From positions 8,810 to 72,809 of the forward strand of contig CANQPP010000006.1 of the NCBI GenBank assembly GCA_947625765.1: a DNA stretch of 64,000 nucleotides, written 5' to 3'. Under the pieces are notes generated by a model. It ran no database searches and was not told where the DNA came from. It saw only the letters and a program-made list of their open reading frames with translations. The DNA is from an uncultured Clostridia bacterium. GTDB lineage: Bacteria; Bacillota; Clostridia; Christensenellales; UBA1750. The position numbers and the translations under genes were made by a program. Positions 8,963 to 19,060 of the stretch are shown in pieces. Each line of letters opens with the position of its first letter. The first letter of the stretch is position 1.

Positions 8963-11047
8963 ATGACACAGGAACAAACGGGCATAAAGGCCGCCCTGTT
9001 CCAGCTGATCTCCGAGCGCGGCGCGGCGGACATCCGCCTGCTCAGCTCCGCGCTTCATATTGAAGAGCCCGCCCTCCGTCCCCTGCTGGACGACCTCTGC
9101 CGCGAGGGGCAGCTGGTGCTGACCCGCAAGGGCCGCTACGCCTATCCATCCCTGCTGGGTTTAAAGCACGGCAAGGTGCAGGGCAACCGCCGGGGCTTCG
9201 GCTTCCTGATCCCCAGCGACGGCGGGCCTGACCTGTTCATCGCGCCGGGCAACCTGAACGGCGCGCTCCACGGCGACACGGTGCTGGCCCGGCCGCTGCC
9301 CGGCTCCCGGGGCGAGTGCGAGGTGCAGACGGTGCTCGTCCGCGCCAACGACTTTCTCTGCGGCCGCTTCGAGCTGGACGGCCCGGACGCCTACGTGACA
9401 CCCGACGACAGCCGCATCCACATGGACGTGCGCATCCCCGAAAGGGACCGTGGCGGCGCCAGGGACGGCCAGAAGGTGGCGGTGCGCATCGTCCGCTACG
9501 GCGGGCCCAACCGCAGCCCCACGGGCCGCGTGGTGGAGGTGCTGGGCATGGCCGGCGAGCCGCTGGCCGAGCGCCGCTCCATACTGCGCACCCACGGACT
9601 GGGCGAGGACTTTCCCGCCAACGTGCTGGACGAGGCCGCCCGCGTCCCGGAGCGCGTGACGGAGGCGGAGATAGCGGGCCGTCTGGACCTGCGAGAGAAG
9701 ACCTGCTTTACCATCGACGGGCCGGACGCCCGCGACTTCGACGACGCCGTCTCCATCGAGCGGCTGGATGAGGGCTGGCGGCTGGGCGTGCACATCGCGG
9801 ACGTGAGCCACTACGTGCGACCCGGCTCCCTTCTGGACCAGGAAGCCCTGCGCCGCGGGACCTCCACCTACTTCCCCGGCCTGGTGCTGCCGATGCTCCC
9901 GGAGAGGCTCTCCAACGGCATCTGCTCGCTGAACCCGAACGAGGACCGCCTCGCCTTCTCCTGCATCATGGACGTGAATACCCGCGGCGAGGTCGCCGCC
10001 TACACGATCACGCCCTCCGTTATCCGCTCGAAGGCCCGGCTCGTCTACGGGGACGTGACGCGCGCGCTGGAAACGGGCGAGGCGGGAGCGCTCAGCCCGT
10101 TGATGCCGGACCTTCGGGAGATGCGCGCCCTGCACGACGTCCTCTCCGCGCGCAGGCGGGAGCGCGGCTCCCTGGACCTGGACGTGGCCGAATCCGAGAT
10201 CGTCTTAAACGAGCAGGGCGAACCTGCGGACATCCGCCGCGCCGAACAGGGCCTTGCCAACCACATGATCGAGGAGTTCATGCTGCTGGCCAACGAGACC
10301 GTGGCCGCCCACGCCCGCGCGCTGGAGCTGCCCTTTCTCTACCGCGTGCACGAGCAGCCAGACCCGGACAAGCTCCGTGACCTGGCAGCCTTCCTGCAGT
10401 TTTTGGGGTACAGCCTCAAGGGCCGCAGGGGCGAGGGCATCCACCCCAAGGCCCTGCAGGCGATCCTCTTGCAGAGCCAGGGCAGGCCCGAGGCGGGCGT
10501 CATAGCCTCGGTGATGCTGCGCGCCCTGCAAAAGGCCCGCTACTGCCCCGAGGACCTGGGCCATTTCGGCCTGGCCGCCCGGGATTACTGCCACTTCACC
10601 TCTCCCATCCGGCGCTACCCGGACCTGTTCATCCACCGGGTGCTCAAGGCCGCCTGCGCGGGCCGCGACGCCGCCCCTTACGCCCGGAACCTGGACGAGC
10701 GGGCGCGGCAGTGCTCGGAGAACGAGCGCCGCTCCCTGGAGGCCGAGCGCGACATGGACGCCATGCTCAAGTGCCGCTACATGCTCTCCCGCGTGGGCGA
10801 GGAGGCGGACGGCCTGGTCACCGGCGTGACCTCCTTCGGCCTGTTCGTGACGCTGGAAAACACCGTGGAGGGGCTCATCCACGTCTCCGCCCTGGACGAC
10901 GACTACTACCTCTTCGACGAGAAGCGCTACCTGCTGGTGGGCGAGCGGACCGGCAGGCGCTACCGCCTGGGCCAGAAGGTCCGCGTGCGCGTGGACGGCG
11001 CGGACATGGCCGCCCGCCGCGTGGAATTCTCCCCGGTCCGGGAATAA
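8963..11047 (+). CDS. rnr: Ribonuclease R
   Basis: 694 aa. The RNB catalytic region contains DFDDAVS and HIADVSHYV, and there is a C-terminal S1-like domain (GLVTGVTSFGLFVTLE). Confidence 0.95.
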   Translation: MTQEQTGIKAALFQLISERGAADIRLLSSALHIEEPALRPLLDDLCREGQLVLTRKGRYAYPSLLGLKHGKVQGNRRGFGFLIPSDGGPDLFIAPGNLNGALHGDTVLARPLPGSRGECEVQTVLVRANDFLCGRFELDGPDAYVTPDDSRIHMDVRIPERDRGGARDGQKVAVRIVRYGGPNRSPTGRVVEVLGMAGEPLAERRSILRTHGLGEDFPANVLDEAARVPERVTEAEIAGRLDLREKTCFTIDGPDARDFDDAVSIERLDEGWRLGVHIADVSHYVRPGSLLDQEALRRGTSTYFPGLVLPMLPERLSNGICSLNPNEDRLAFSCIMDVNTRGEVAAYTITPSVIRSKARLVYGDVTRALETGEAGALSPLMPDLREMRALHDVLSARRRERGSLDLDVAESEIVLNEQGEPADIRRAEQGLANHMIEEFMLLANETVAAHARALELPFLYRVHEQPDPDKLRDLAAFLQFLGYSLKGRRGEGIHPKALQAILLQSQGRPEAGVIASVMLRALQKARYCPEDLGHFGLAARDYCHFTSPIRRYPDLFIHRVLKAACAGRDAAPYARNLDERARQCSENERRSLEAERDMDAMLKCRYMLSRVGEEADGLVTGVTSFGLFVTLENTVEGLIHVSALDDDYYLFDEKRYLLVGERTGRRYRLGQKVRVRVDGADMAARRVEFSPVRE

Positions 11048-11079
11048 AACACAAATAGTAAAAGAGAAAGGAAACCTCA

Positions 11080-11667
11080 ATGGAACATCCTGCATATAAA
11101 ATAGAGCCGCTGCCCAAGGAGAAATGGAAGGGCGCGCCCATCCCGTTGGTCACGAGGAGCGACGGCTGGTACGACCTGGAAATGACCCCGCTTAACGAAA
11201 GCGGCTGTACGATCACCCTCAAGCGAAAGCGGACGGAAGAAGAGATCGTCCATACGCCGGAGGAATACGACTTCCCCGACACGCTCTACCAGGACTACTG
11301 GGAGAACGCGGAGGCCTACGGCGTCCTGGGGCCGGGCGGCGAGCTGCTGGCCTGCGTCGAAACCTGCCCGGAGGAATGGTCGAACCGCCTCCGCGTCACG
11401 GAGCTGTGGGTCTCGGAGAAAATGCGCCGCCGGGGCGTCGGCGGCAGGCTGATGGACAAGGCCAAGGAGCTCGCCCGGCAGCAGGGCCGCCGCGCCCTGA
11501 TCCTGGAGACCCAGACCTGCAACACGGACGCGATCGTCTTCTACCTGCACGAGGGCTTCGAGCTGATCGGCTTCGACACCTGCTCCTACACCAACGACGA
11601 CATCGGCAGGCGCGAGGTACGTTTGGAGTTGGGCTATTTCTTCCACCGGGAACCCCGCAGGTTCTGA
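11080..11667 (+). CDS. GNAT family N-acetyltransferase
   Basis: Acetyl-CoA binding motif RRRGVGGRLMDKAKELARQQG, followed by FYLHEGFELIG. Confidence 0.85.
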   Translation: MEHPAYKIEPLPKEKWKGAPIPLVTRSDGWYDLEMTPLNESGCTITLKRKRTEEEIVHTPEEYDFPDTLYQDYWENAEAYGVLGPGGELLACVETCPEEWSNRLRVTELWVSEKMRRRGVGGRLMDKAKELARQQGRRALILETQTCNTDAIVFYLHEGFELIGFDTCSYTNDDIGRREVRLELGYFFHREPRRF

Positions 11668-11806
11668 CCCGCCGCATTCGATTTGGAAATCGAAACAGCG
11701 CCGCGCATAAAAACTGCACAAAATAAGGCCGTTGACTACCGGGAAGCCGGTGTGTCAGCGGCCTTTTTCCGTATTCGCTTTTCATGGGAAGGCGACAAAC
11801 GGAAAC

Positions 11807-12202
11807 TTAACTTCTCATCGACTGAAATTCATCCTGGAGCAGCCCATACAAACACAGGTCCGCCCAATTCCCCTCGTTGTTTTTACCTGACTTCTCTGTA
11901 TCCCCCTCGCGCTTCATGCCCAGCTTTTCCATCCATCCGACCGACTTCACGCCGTCGACGGCTTCCGTGGCCACCTTATGCAGCTTCAAGTCGCAAAAGC
12001 AGTATTCCATGACCGCGGCGCAGGCCTCATGCGCAAGACCCTTGCGCCAATAGTTTCGATCAAAGGACTAGCCGATCTCATACACACCCTCGTCCAGCGG
12101 CTTAAACAGGATGTAGCCAATGACTTTGCCCGTATGTTTCAGGGCCGCCGCGAGCGCGCCTTTCTGTTCCCAAGGGGCATGCAGCGTCTCGACAAACGGG
12201 AA
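11807..12202 (-). pseudogene. RimJ/RimL-type GNAT acetyltransferase remnant, 5'-truncated and with an in-frame TAG
   Basis: The minus-strand frame reads FPFVETLHAPWEQKGALAAALKHTGKVIGYILFKPLDEGVYEIG-TAG(12070..12068)-SFDRNYWRKGLAHEACAAVMEYCFCDLKLHKVATEAVDGVKSVGWMEKLGMKREG. There is no start codon, and a TAA lies at 12205..12203. Confidence 0.7.
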
Positions 12203-12222
12203 TTATCGCTCTTTATATGCGT

Positions 12223-12759
12223 TTATCCTAAAGACTGAAGCGATGGATTATACATCCCAAATCCCAATTCCTCGATCAATCGCATATATTCCTTCTCGTC
12301 AAAAGCCGACCCTGTCGAGATGATATCGTAACATCCGCTGTCATCGATCAATCTGAACGGCACCTTATGAAACCCGTTCCGTTCATAAAATGCAAATCGG
12401 CGGATGCGCTGGCCTTCATTTTCAGCATTAAAACCTATCGGTTCAATATTTCCAACTATCGACTTATCGGAATACATCTTCATCAGCCATTGGATCAGCT
12501 CTGCCCCATACCCTTTAGAACGCACTTCCGCGGGTACGGCAAGATAAAACAAATAAAGCATCGTTTCGCCGACATTGTAAAAAAGGATCCCGCAAAGCTG
12601 TTCTCCTTTCCAAAAAGACTTATATTCTATATGATCTGATCCCGATAATCTCAGGAGCTCCTCCATTGAAAAACTTTCCTCTGGAGGAAATGCCGTCATC
12701 TGCAACTCTCTAACAGCGTCATAGTGTGGCATTTCCTTTTTTACATCTTCACACTTCAT
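12223..12759 (-). CDS. GNAT family N-acetyltransferase, sitting in a low-GC patch
   Basis: AVPAEVRSKGYGAELIQWLMKMY (acetyl-CoA motif) and FYERNGF. The surrounding roughly 12203-12850 is visibly AT-rich. Confidence 0.8.
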   Translation of the reverse strand: MKCEDVKKEMPHYDAVRELQMTAFPPEESFSMEELLRLSGSDHIEYKSFWKGEQLCGILFYNVGETMLYLFYLAVPAEVRSKGYGAELIQWLMKMYSDKSIVGNIEPIGFNAENEGQRIRRFAFYERNGFHKVPFRLIDDSGCYDIISTGSAFDEKEYMRLIEELGFGMYNPSLQSLG

Positions 12760-12957
12760 AGCTTCCTCCGAAAACTTCGATTTGTCGAACAGCCGCCCGC
12801 TCGGCGCCTAACACTCATTATACCGCCCCAATACAAAGAAATCCACTGCTCCTTATGACGGCCGGAATTTCCTTTCCGTTCCCATCCATATCGAGTAAAA
12901 AAACGAGCGCAAGCGGCATGCTGTTTTTTTGCCCCGCCCGCGTCCCGCCTTTTTCCC

Positions 12958-13812
12958 TCACCGGCTCTCCTTGGCGTAGCCCTCCTCCACCCAGTCCAGC
13001 ACCTCCTCAGTCGTTAAGCTCCCCGCGCGGTTCAGGCGGCCCAGCTGGTACAGGCTCTCCGGGTCCCGCTCAAGCAGGTTCACATAGGGCTCGCTGTTCA
13101 TGGTCGCGCGGAAGCCGTTCTCCTTGAGGATCGCCTCCGCGCCCGGCTCCACCTGCCCATAGGGGTAGGCAAAGCCCGGCAGGAGGCGCAGCCCCTCCCG
13201 CTTGGCCCAGACCTCCATCGCCCAGATGTCCCTCTCCAGCAGGGCACGGTAGTCCGCCTCGCTCTCCCCTTCCAGCCTGCGCGCGCCGTGCCTCTGCCCG
13301 TAGAGGTGCAGGGAAAAGCTGTGGCTCTGCAGCTCGATCCCCTCGTAAAGACAGAGCTCCCGCAGCGTCTGCGCGTCCATGGCCTCCGTTTCCGTCATCT
13401 CTCCCGAGGAAAAGCCGCCCACCACCGACAGCACCGCCTTCATCCCATATTTCTGCAAAACGGGCAAAGCGTTCTGTGCAAAGCCCGGCGCGCCGTCGTC
13501 GAATGTGAGCAGGATCGGCTTTTCCGGCAGGCTCCCCTTGCCGTCCACGAAGTCCATGAGCTGTGCGAGCGACACCGTCTCATAACCCCTCTCCGCAAGG
13601 GCCTTGAGGTCGTCCTCCAGCGTCTCCGCGGTCACCGCGTACTCCCCCGTTTCCGCCTCCGTCACGCTGTGGTACAGCAGCACGGGCAGGCGCAGCTCCT
13701 CCTTCCTTGCCCCAGCCTTCAAGAGCGCGGGCAGCAGCAGCGCCGTCATCGCGGCCAGCACGAACAGGTAGAACGCCATGCCCGCGTAACCCTTCTTTTC
13801 TCCAAGCAGCAT
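12958..13812 (-). CDS. Polysaccharide deacetylase (NodB/CE4 family) with an N-terminal membrane anchor
   Basis: LLTFDDG motif and histidine motifs (LQSHSFSLH). A hydrophobic N-terminal segment FYLFVLAAMTALLLPALL is present. It lies immediately downstream of the GT2 synthase. Confidence 0.85.
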   Translation of the reverse strand: MLLGEKKGYAGMAFYLFVLAAMTALLLPALLKAGARKEELRLPVLLYHSVTEAETGEYAVTAETLEDDLKALAERGYETVSLAQLMDFVDGKGSLPEKPILLTFDDGAPGFAQNALPVLQKYGMKAVLSVVGGFSSGEMTETEAMDAQTLRELCLYEGIELQSHSFSLHLYGQRHGARRLEGESEADYRALLERDIWAMEVWAKREGLRLLPGFAYPYGQVEPGAEAILKENGFRATMNSEPYVNLLERDPESLYQLGRLNRAGSLTTEEVLDWVEEGYAKESR

Positions 13813-13842
13813 AAAGCACCTTTCCCTTTTCTTTGACCTTGT

Positions 13843-15132
13843 CTATTTCCAGACCGTGCGCCTTCCCGCCAGCGCCTGCCAGTAGCCTTTCAGCGAACAG
13901 ATAGACTGGATGGCCTGAAAGACGGTGAGAAAGCAGAGGAAGCCCAAAGGCGAGTGCTTCTCCTGAACGGCGCCCACCCGTTTTTGGTAGAGGTACGTGC
14001 TCCAGGCGCTCACCACGATGGGGGGAAAAGTGAGCAGCGTCATCCGCCCCACCAGATACTCATACCCAAACAGGCAAAGCAGCACACCAGCCAAAAAGCC
14101 GAACACATACGCCAGGTCCACGTACACGATGGACTCGTTCAGCGTCTCGAAGTACCCGCCATAGAAGCTGTTCTGCCGCCAGGGCGCCACGGCGCGCAGT
14201 CCGTCGAACATGCCCCGCGCCCAGCGGGTCCTCTGCCTGCACAGTCCCACAAGCGTCTCCGGGGCCAGCGTGTAGCCCACGGCCCTGGGCTCGTACAGGG
14301 AGCGGCAGCCCCGCTCCAGCAGCCGGTAGGTCAGCACGATGTCCTCGCCCATCTCCTGCCGCCAGCCGCCCACGGCGCGCACCGCCTCCGTGTCGTAGGC
14401 GCTGAAGGCCCCCTGCGCCACAAGCGCCGAGCCGTAGCTGCCCTGGAAGCGCTTGACCGCCGCGATGCTGAGCAGGTAGTCATAGATCTGCATCTTCTGC
14501 ACCAGCGTCCGCGCCCTGCCCACCAGCAGGTTCCCCGCCACGCAGCCCGCGCCGCTTGTAACGATGCGCGACAGGATCAGCCGCACCGCGTCCTCCTTTA
14601 GGAAGGTGTCCGCGTCCACGGTGATGAAATACCGCGTGTTCACCAGCCGCAGTCCCTGGTTCAGGGCGTTGGCCTTGCCGGGCCTCTCGCAGATGGTGAT
14701 AAAAACCGACCTTTGGTCTGTTTTTAGTTCTTCTCTTGCCCTGCGCAGCTCGGCGCGGGTGCCGTCCGTGGAGCCGTTGTCCACGCAGAGTATGCGGATG
14801 GGCCCCGCGTAGTCCTGCCGGACCACCCGCTTAACGGTCTCGTAGACGCTCTTCTGTTCGTTGCGGGCGCAGATGAGCACGGTCACGGGCCCGTCGTAGT
14901 CCGGCAGGGGCCAAAGCCCCGCGCAGGCGTCCAGCCAGTTGGAGACGAACATCACGCCCGTCAGATACCCCGGCAGCAGGGCGATCCCGGCCACGGCGAA
15001 CAGTATATACATCTCCGGCAGCCTGCCCACCAAACCGCTCACCCAGGGCCGCGCGACCGCCGCGGAGACAAGCAGCCAGATGAGCCCCGCCCCCGCGCTC
15101 ACGATGAAGCGCCGGGCTTCCTGTTTCCTCAT
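13843..15132 (-). CDS. Processive family-2 glycosyltransferase (PgaC/IcaA-like poly-N-acetylglucosamine synthase type)
   Basis: VLICARNEQ...LCVDNGSTDGT, TVDADT, and QRTRWARG (the Q-x-x-R-W motif). TM segments flank the catalytic domain. Confidence 0.85.
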   Translation of the reverse strand: MRKQEARRFIVSAGAGLIWLLVSAAVARPWVSGLVGRLPEMYILFAVAGIALLPGYLTGVMFVSNWLDACAGLWPLPDYDGPVTVLICARNEQKSVYETVKRVVRQDYAGPIRILCVDNGSTDGTRAELRRAREELKTDQRSVFITICERPGKANALNQGLRLVNTRYFITVDADTFLKEDAVRLILSRIVTSGAGCVAGNLLVGRARTLVQKMQIYDYLLSIAAVKRFQGSYGSALVAQGAFSAYDTEAVRAVGGWRQEMGEDIVLTYRLLERGCRSLYEPRAVGYTLAPETLVGLCRQRTRWARGMFDGLRAVAPWRQNSFYGGYFETLNESIVYVDLAYVFGFLAGVLLCLFGYEYLVGRMTLLTFPPIVVSAWSTYLYQKRVGAVQEKHSPLGFLCFLTVFQAIQSICSLKGYWQALAGRRTVWK

Positions 15133-15267
15133 TTCACACCCTCCCGTCCTATCCTATGCCTTTACTAGCCATTCTGTCCCTGCTTGGCAGGGGCGGGTGA
15201 AAGGGTGTATAATAGCAAAGAACAGGGGCCTTCCCCCTGTCCCTTCCCGAAAGGAGCCGCTTCATAT

Positions 15268-15945
15268 ATGCGTTTTTCTCCCCTTTGCTCCGCGAGCGAC
15301 CTGGCCGCCCTGGTGCGCCGGATCGGCTTTCTCCCCTTCTTCCGCAACTGCGCGCCCGGCTTCTCCGTGGAGGAGCTGACGCCCCGCTCCCTGTGGTTCT
15401 CCGACACCCAGGACGGCCCCTGGGACTGGAAGGACGCTGCCATCCGGGAGAGCGGCGGCCTGTACGGCAAGCTGTTCCGGGGCAAGGCGGGCTATGTGAG
15501 CGCCGAATGGTTCCCGGACCTTGCCAATTACCGCCGGGACGGCTACGACTTCGAGGGCTACTACGAGGACGGCCACGCCCGGCACGAGGACAAGCGCGTG
15601 ATGGATGCCATCGACAAGACCGGCCCCATCCTGACCAAAGCCCTGCGCCGGGAGGCGGGTTTCCTGGGCAAGGACGGCTCCCGCGCCTTCGAGGCCGCCC
15701 TGCACAGGCTGCAGATGCAGTGCTTCCTCTCCGTGGTGGGCTTTGAGTACGCCCGCGACGCCAGCGGAAAGGAATACGGCTGGGGCATCGCCCGCTGCGC
15801 CACGCCGGAGCAGCGCTTCGGCCCGCACTTTCTGGATGAGGCCTACAAGCGCGACCCACGGGAGTCCTTCGAGCGCATCATCAATCACCTGCGCTCCGTC
15901 CTGCCGGACGCCCCCGAGGAAGCCATCCGTAAACTACTGAAATAA
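15268..15945 (+). CDS. Conserved hypothetical protein, possibly related to winged-helix AlkZ/YcaQ proteins
   Basis: Clean 225-aa ORF behind AAAGGAG. Its composition is unlike the shadow ORFs. The family assignment is from memory only and weak. Confidence 0.5.
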   Translation: MRFSPLCSASDLAALVRRIGFLPFFRNCAPGFSVEELTPRSLWFSDTQDGPWDWKDAAIRESGGLYGKLFRGKAGYVSAEWFPDLANYRRDGYDFEGYYEDGHARHEDKRVMDAIDKTGPILTKALRREAGFLGKDGSRAFEAALHRLQMQCFLSVVGFEYARDASGKEYGWGIARCATPEQRFGPHFLDEAYKRDPRESFERIINHLRSVLPDAPEEAIRKLLK

Positions 15946-15976
15946 CATAGTGCTTTAAGAAAGGAGTCTGTGCGGT

Positions 15977-16582
15977 GTGATGAAAAGAATACTTACTGTT
16001 CTGATTTCAGCTTTTCTGCTTCTGTGCGGTCTTTCCGGGTGCGGAGCCGCGAATGTTTCTGGTCCATCCAGCGAGAACACACCTCAAGCTGCGCCTTCCG
16101 TAGCGGAGCTCAGCATGGAAACGCTCGTCGACCATGCCGATCTCATCGTGGCGGGGAAGGTTTCAGGATCAAGCGAAACCGTTACGTCCGCGGATCCGGC
16201 CTATAAGACCTCGATCGTTTCCATCGATGTCAGCGATGTATACAAGGGCGGTGTGCTGACCGGGGAAACTGTCGCCGTTGAAATAAACACCTCTCCAGGC
16301 GCAAACGGCGCCGTTGCGGAAAACGAGCCCCTGCCGCCGACCTTTTCAGCGAACGATCAGGTCCTTTTGTTCCTGGTCGTCAACGATCACGGCTCCTACT
16401 ACATCGCCGGCATCGACCAGGGCGCGTATTTTAAGAGCGCAGCGGAGCCTGCCGACGAAATACAATACGAGCGTCAAACGCGGCTAGGCTTTGGCCCCGA
16501 CACTTTTATGCTTGCCGATCTGCTTGAATGTATCGAAGATTCTGCCGCGGCAGGCACAACGACGGGTACAAAAACACAATAA
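15977..16582 (+). CDS. Putative secreted lipoprotein
   Basis: Signal peptide MMKRILTVLISAFLLLCGLSGC with a lipobox (L-S-G-C). AAGGAG RBS. Confidence 0.7.
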   Translation: MMKRILTVLISAFLLLCGLSGCGAANVSGPSSENTPQAAPSVAELSMETLVDHADLIVAGKVSGSSETVTSADPAYKTSIVSIDVSDVYKGGVLTGETVAVEINTSPGANGAVAENEPLPPTFSANDQVLLFLVVNDHGSYYIAGIDQGAYFKSAAEPADEIQYERQTRLGFGPDTFMLADLLECIEDSAAAGTTTGTKTQ

Positions 16583-16610
16583 ATGTGTGGTTTTGGAAGA
16601 ACAGAAAAGC

Positions 16611-16639
16611 AAGGCCGGGACTTAAAAGGTCCCGGCCTT
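16611..16639. terminator. Bidirectional terminator hairpin between convergent genes
   Basis: aaggccgggac-ttaaaa-ggtcccggcctt, flanked by A-rich sequence on one side and T-rich on the other. Confidence 0.7.
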
Positions 16640-16668
16640 GTTTCTCTCTTTGCCTAGCTTGTATATCT

Positions 16669-18039
16669 TTACGCCATTTCCTCCGGGCGGAACACCTCGT
16701 CGAAGCGTTCCGGCGTCAGGTATCCCAGCGCCACGCAGGCCTCCTTCAGGGAGATGTTCTCCTTGTAGGCCTTCTTGGCGGTGCGGGCGGCGTTGTCGTA
16801 GCCGATGTAGGGATTGAGCGCGGTGACCAGCATCAGCGAGTTGTAGAGGTTGTGCCGCATCTTCTCCCTGTCTGCACGGATGCCGCGCACGCACTTCTCC
16901 TCGAAGGAGAGCATCGCGTCCCGCAGCAGGCGGGCGGACTGCAGGAAGTTGTAGATGAGCACCGGCATGAACACGTTCAGCTCGAAGTTGCCCTGGGATG
17001 CGGCGATGCCCACGGCCGCGTCGTTGCCCATCACCTGCACGGCCACCATGGTCACGGCCTCGCACTGCGTGGGGTTCACCTTGCCGGGCATGATGGAGGA
17101 GCCCGGCTCGTTCTCCGGGATGAAGATCTCCCCCAGGCCGTCCCTGGGCCCGCTGGCCAGCCAGCGTACGTCGTTGGCGATCTTCATCAGGTCCGCGGCC
17201 AGCGCCTTCAGGGCCCCGTGGGCAAAGACCAGCTCGTCCTTGGAGGTGAGGGCGTGGAACTTATTGGGCGCTGTGCGGAAGGGCTTGCCCGTGATCCTCG
17301 CCACCTCCTCCGCCACGCGCTCGGCAAAGCCCGCGGGGCAGTTGAGGCCCGTGCCCACCGCGGTGCCGCCCAGGGCCAGCTCGTGCAGCCCGTCTAAAGA
17401 GCGCTCGATCTGCCCCCTTGCGCTTTCCAGCATCCCCCGCCAGCCGCTGATCTCCTGGGAGAAGCGGATGGGCGTTGCGTCCTGCAAATGGGTGCGGCCG
17501 GTCTTGACCACACCCTCGTTGGCCTTCTCCAGGGCGAGGAAGCTCTCCCGCAGCCTGTCCAGCGCGGGCAGCAGGCCGTCCTCCAGCGACAGCACGGCGG
17601 CGATGTGCATGGCCGTGGGGAAAGTGTCGTTGGAGCTCTGGGACATGTTCACGTGGTCGTTGGGGTGCAGCAGCTTCTCCCCCAGCAGCTCGTTTCCCCG
17701 GGCCGCGATGACCTCGTTGACGTTCATGTTGGACTGCGTGCCGCTGCCCGTCTGCCAGACCACCAGCGGGAAATGGTCGCGCAGCTGGCCGCCGATCACC
17801 TCGTCCGCCGCCGCGCAGATGGCCCGCAGCCGCTTTTCGTCCATGCGATCCGGCAAAAAGGCGTGGTTGGCCAGCGCCGCGGCCTTCTTTAAAATGCCGA
17901 AGGCGTGCACGATCTCCTCGGGCATCCTCTCCCCGCCGATGCGGAAATTCTCAAAGCTGCGCTGCGTCTGCGCGCCCCAGTATTTGTCCGCGGGCACCTT
18001 CATCTCGCCCATGGAATCCCTCTCGATCCTGTATTCCAT
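16669..18039 (-). CDS. fumC: Class II fumarate hydratase
   Basis: [16 protein letters not shown] signature. The start is set at [12 protein letters not shown] behind GAGGAG; the ORF extends to 18066. Confidence 0.95.
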   Translation of the reverse strand: MEYRIERDSMGEMKVPADKYWGAQTQRSFENFRIGGERMPEEIVHAFGILKKAAALANHAFLPDRMDEKRLRAICAAADEVIGGQLRDHFPLVVWQTGSGTQSNMNVNEVIAARGNELLGEKLLHPNDHVNMSQSSNDTFPTAMHIAAVLSLEDGLLPALDRLRESFLALEKANEGVVKTGRTHLQDATPIRFSQEISGWRGMLESARGQIERSLDGLHELALGGTAVGTGLNCPAGFAERVAEEVARITGKPFRTAPNKFHALTSKDELVFAHGALKALAADLMKIANDVRWLASGPRDGLGEIFIPENEPGSSIMPGKVNPTQCEAVTMVAVQVMGNDAAVGIAASQGNFELNVFMPVLIYNFLQSARLLRDAMLSFEEKCVRGIRADREKMRHNLYNSLMLVTALNPYIGYDNAARTAKKAYKENISLKEACVALGYLTPERFDEVFRPEEMA

Positions 18040-18075
18040 CCTGCTCCTCTTATCCTCCTTACGCATTTCTTTCTG

Positions 18076-18720
18076 TCAAAGCTCCGGCAGGCGCAGGTCC
18101 TGCCAGCCGTCCATCCACTCGTCGCAGAGCTCCTTCAGCGCCTGCACGTTCTTCTCCTGCTTGTCGTAGATGCCCACCAGGTAGAAGCCCGCCGCCTTGG
18201 CCGTGCGGGCCGCGTGCAGCGCGTCCTCGAACACGGCGACCTCGTAAGGTTCCGCGCCCAGGCGGGCGGCGGCCTGCAGGTAGATGTCCGGCGATGCCTT
18301 GCTGGTGCCGGTGTCCTCGCAACTGATCACAAAGTCGAACAGATCCAGCAGCCCCAGACGCGCAAAGCAGCTCTCCGCCAGGCGGCGGTTCGTGGCCGTG
18401 GCCACGCAGAGCCGCGCGCCCCGCCCGCGCAGGGCTTTCAGCGCCTCCGCCGCGCCGGGCTTGGGGTTTACGTCCACCAGATAGTGCCGCTCCATCACGG
18501 CGTTCATCTCGTCCGCGAGCTTCTGCGCGGGCCCTTCCAGGCCGTAGATCTCGATGAAGTATTGCGCCCCCTGCAGGAGCGTCATCCACTTGAGCTTCCC
18601 CAGCCGCTCGTCCGGCTGCACGCCCTTGCTCCGCAGGTAATCCCCCGCCAGCGTGCGCCAATAGCCCATGGTGTCCAGAATCGTGCCGTCCATATCCAGA
18701 ATGCAGTACCGCTTGTCCAT
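18076..18720 (-). CDS. HAD-superfamily hydrolase (beta-phosphoglucomutase-like subfamily)
   Basis: DMDGTILDT motif I at the N-terminus. The start is set at MDKRYCILDMDGT; the ORF extends to 18756. Confidence 0.85.
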   Translation of the reverse strand: MDKRYCILDMDGTILDTMGYWRTLAGDYLRSKGVQPDERLGKLKWMTLLQGAQYFIEIYGLEGPAQKLADEMNAVMERHYLVDVNPKPGAAEALKALRGRGARLCVATATNRRLAESCFARLGLLDLFDFVISCEDTGTSKASPDIYLQAAARLGAEPYEVAVFEDALHAARTAKAAGFYLVGIYDKQEKNVQALKELCDEWMDGWQDLRLPEL

Positions 18721-18880
18721 CTCTCTCCCCCAAAACGCGCTTATGTCTTTGTGCATTGTAGCCGTGCGGGCCGCCCTCTGTCAAGATGCGTAAACGCCCG
18801 CCCTCCTTTAAATTTATCCACAGCCAAACGCCCGCCGATGTTCGGCGGGCGTTTGGACGGCGTTCTGTGCAGCGGCGCCA

Positions 18881-19060
18881 CTACTTCCTCCGCAGGTTCA
18901 GCAGCGCCAGCGCGGCGTTGGCAAAGCACGCGGCGGCAAACAAAAGCTGGAACGCCCTCGGAGCGGCAACGTCCTCGACAAAAGCGATGACAATCTGGGC
19001 GACGCCCGCCAGCACCCCGCAGAGGCCCGCGACCAGCGCGGCGATCTTCCTCCCGCTCAT
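18881..19060 (-). CDS. Small (59 aa) two-helix membrane protein, below the ORF-track cutoff
   Basis: Hand translation gives MSGRKIAALVAGLCGVLAGVAQIVIAFVEDVAAPRAFQLLFAAACFANAALALLNLRRK. GGAGGAG lies 7 nt upstream of the ATG. A hairpin at 18824-18856 follows the stop. Confidence 0.5.
   Translation of the reverse strand: MSGRKIAALVAGLCGVLAGVAQIVIAFVEDVAAPRAFQLLFAAACFANAALALLNLRRK

Noticed and set aside
15149-15859. 236-aa minus-strand ORF opposite the 15268-15945 gene
   Set aside because: Its composition is extreme in Arg/Pro/Gly/Ser, it has no RBS, and it overlaps a plus-strand ORF of normal composition that has an RBS. It is treated as a shadow ORF.
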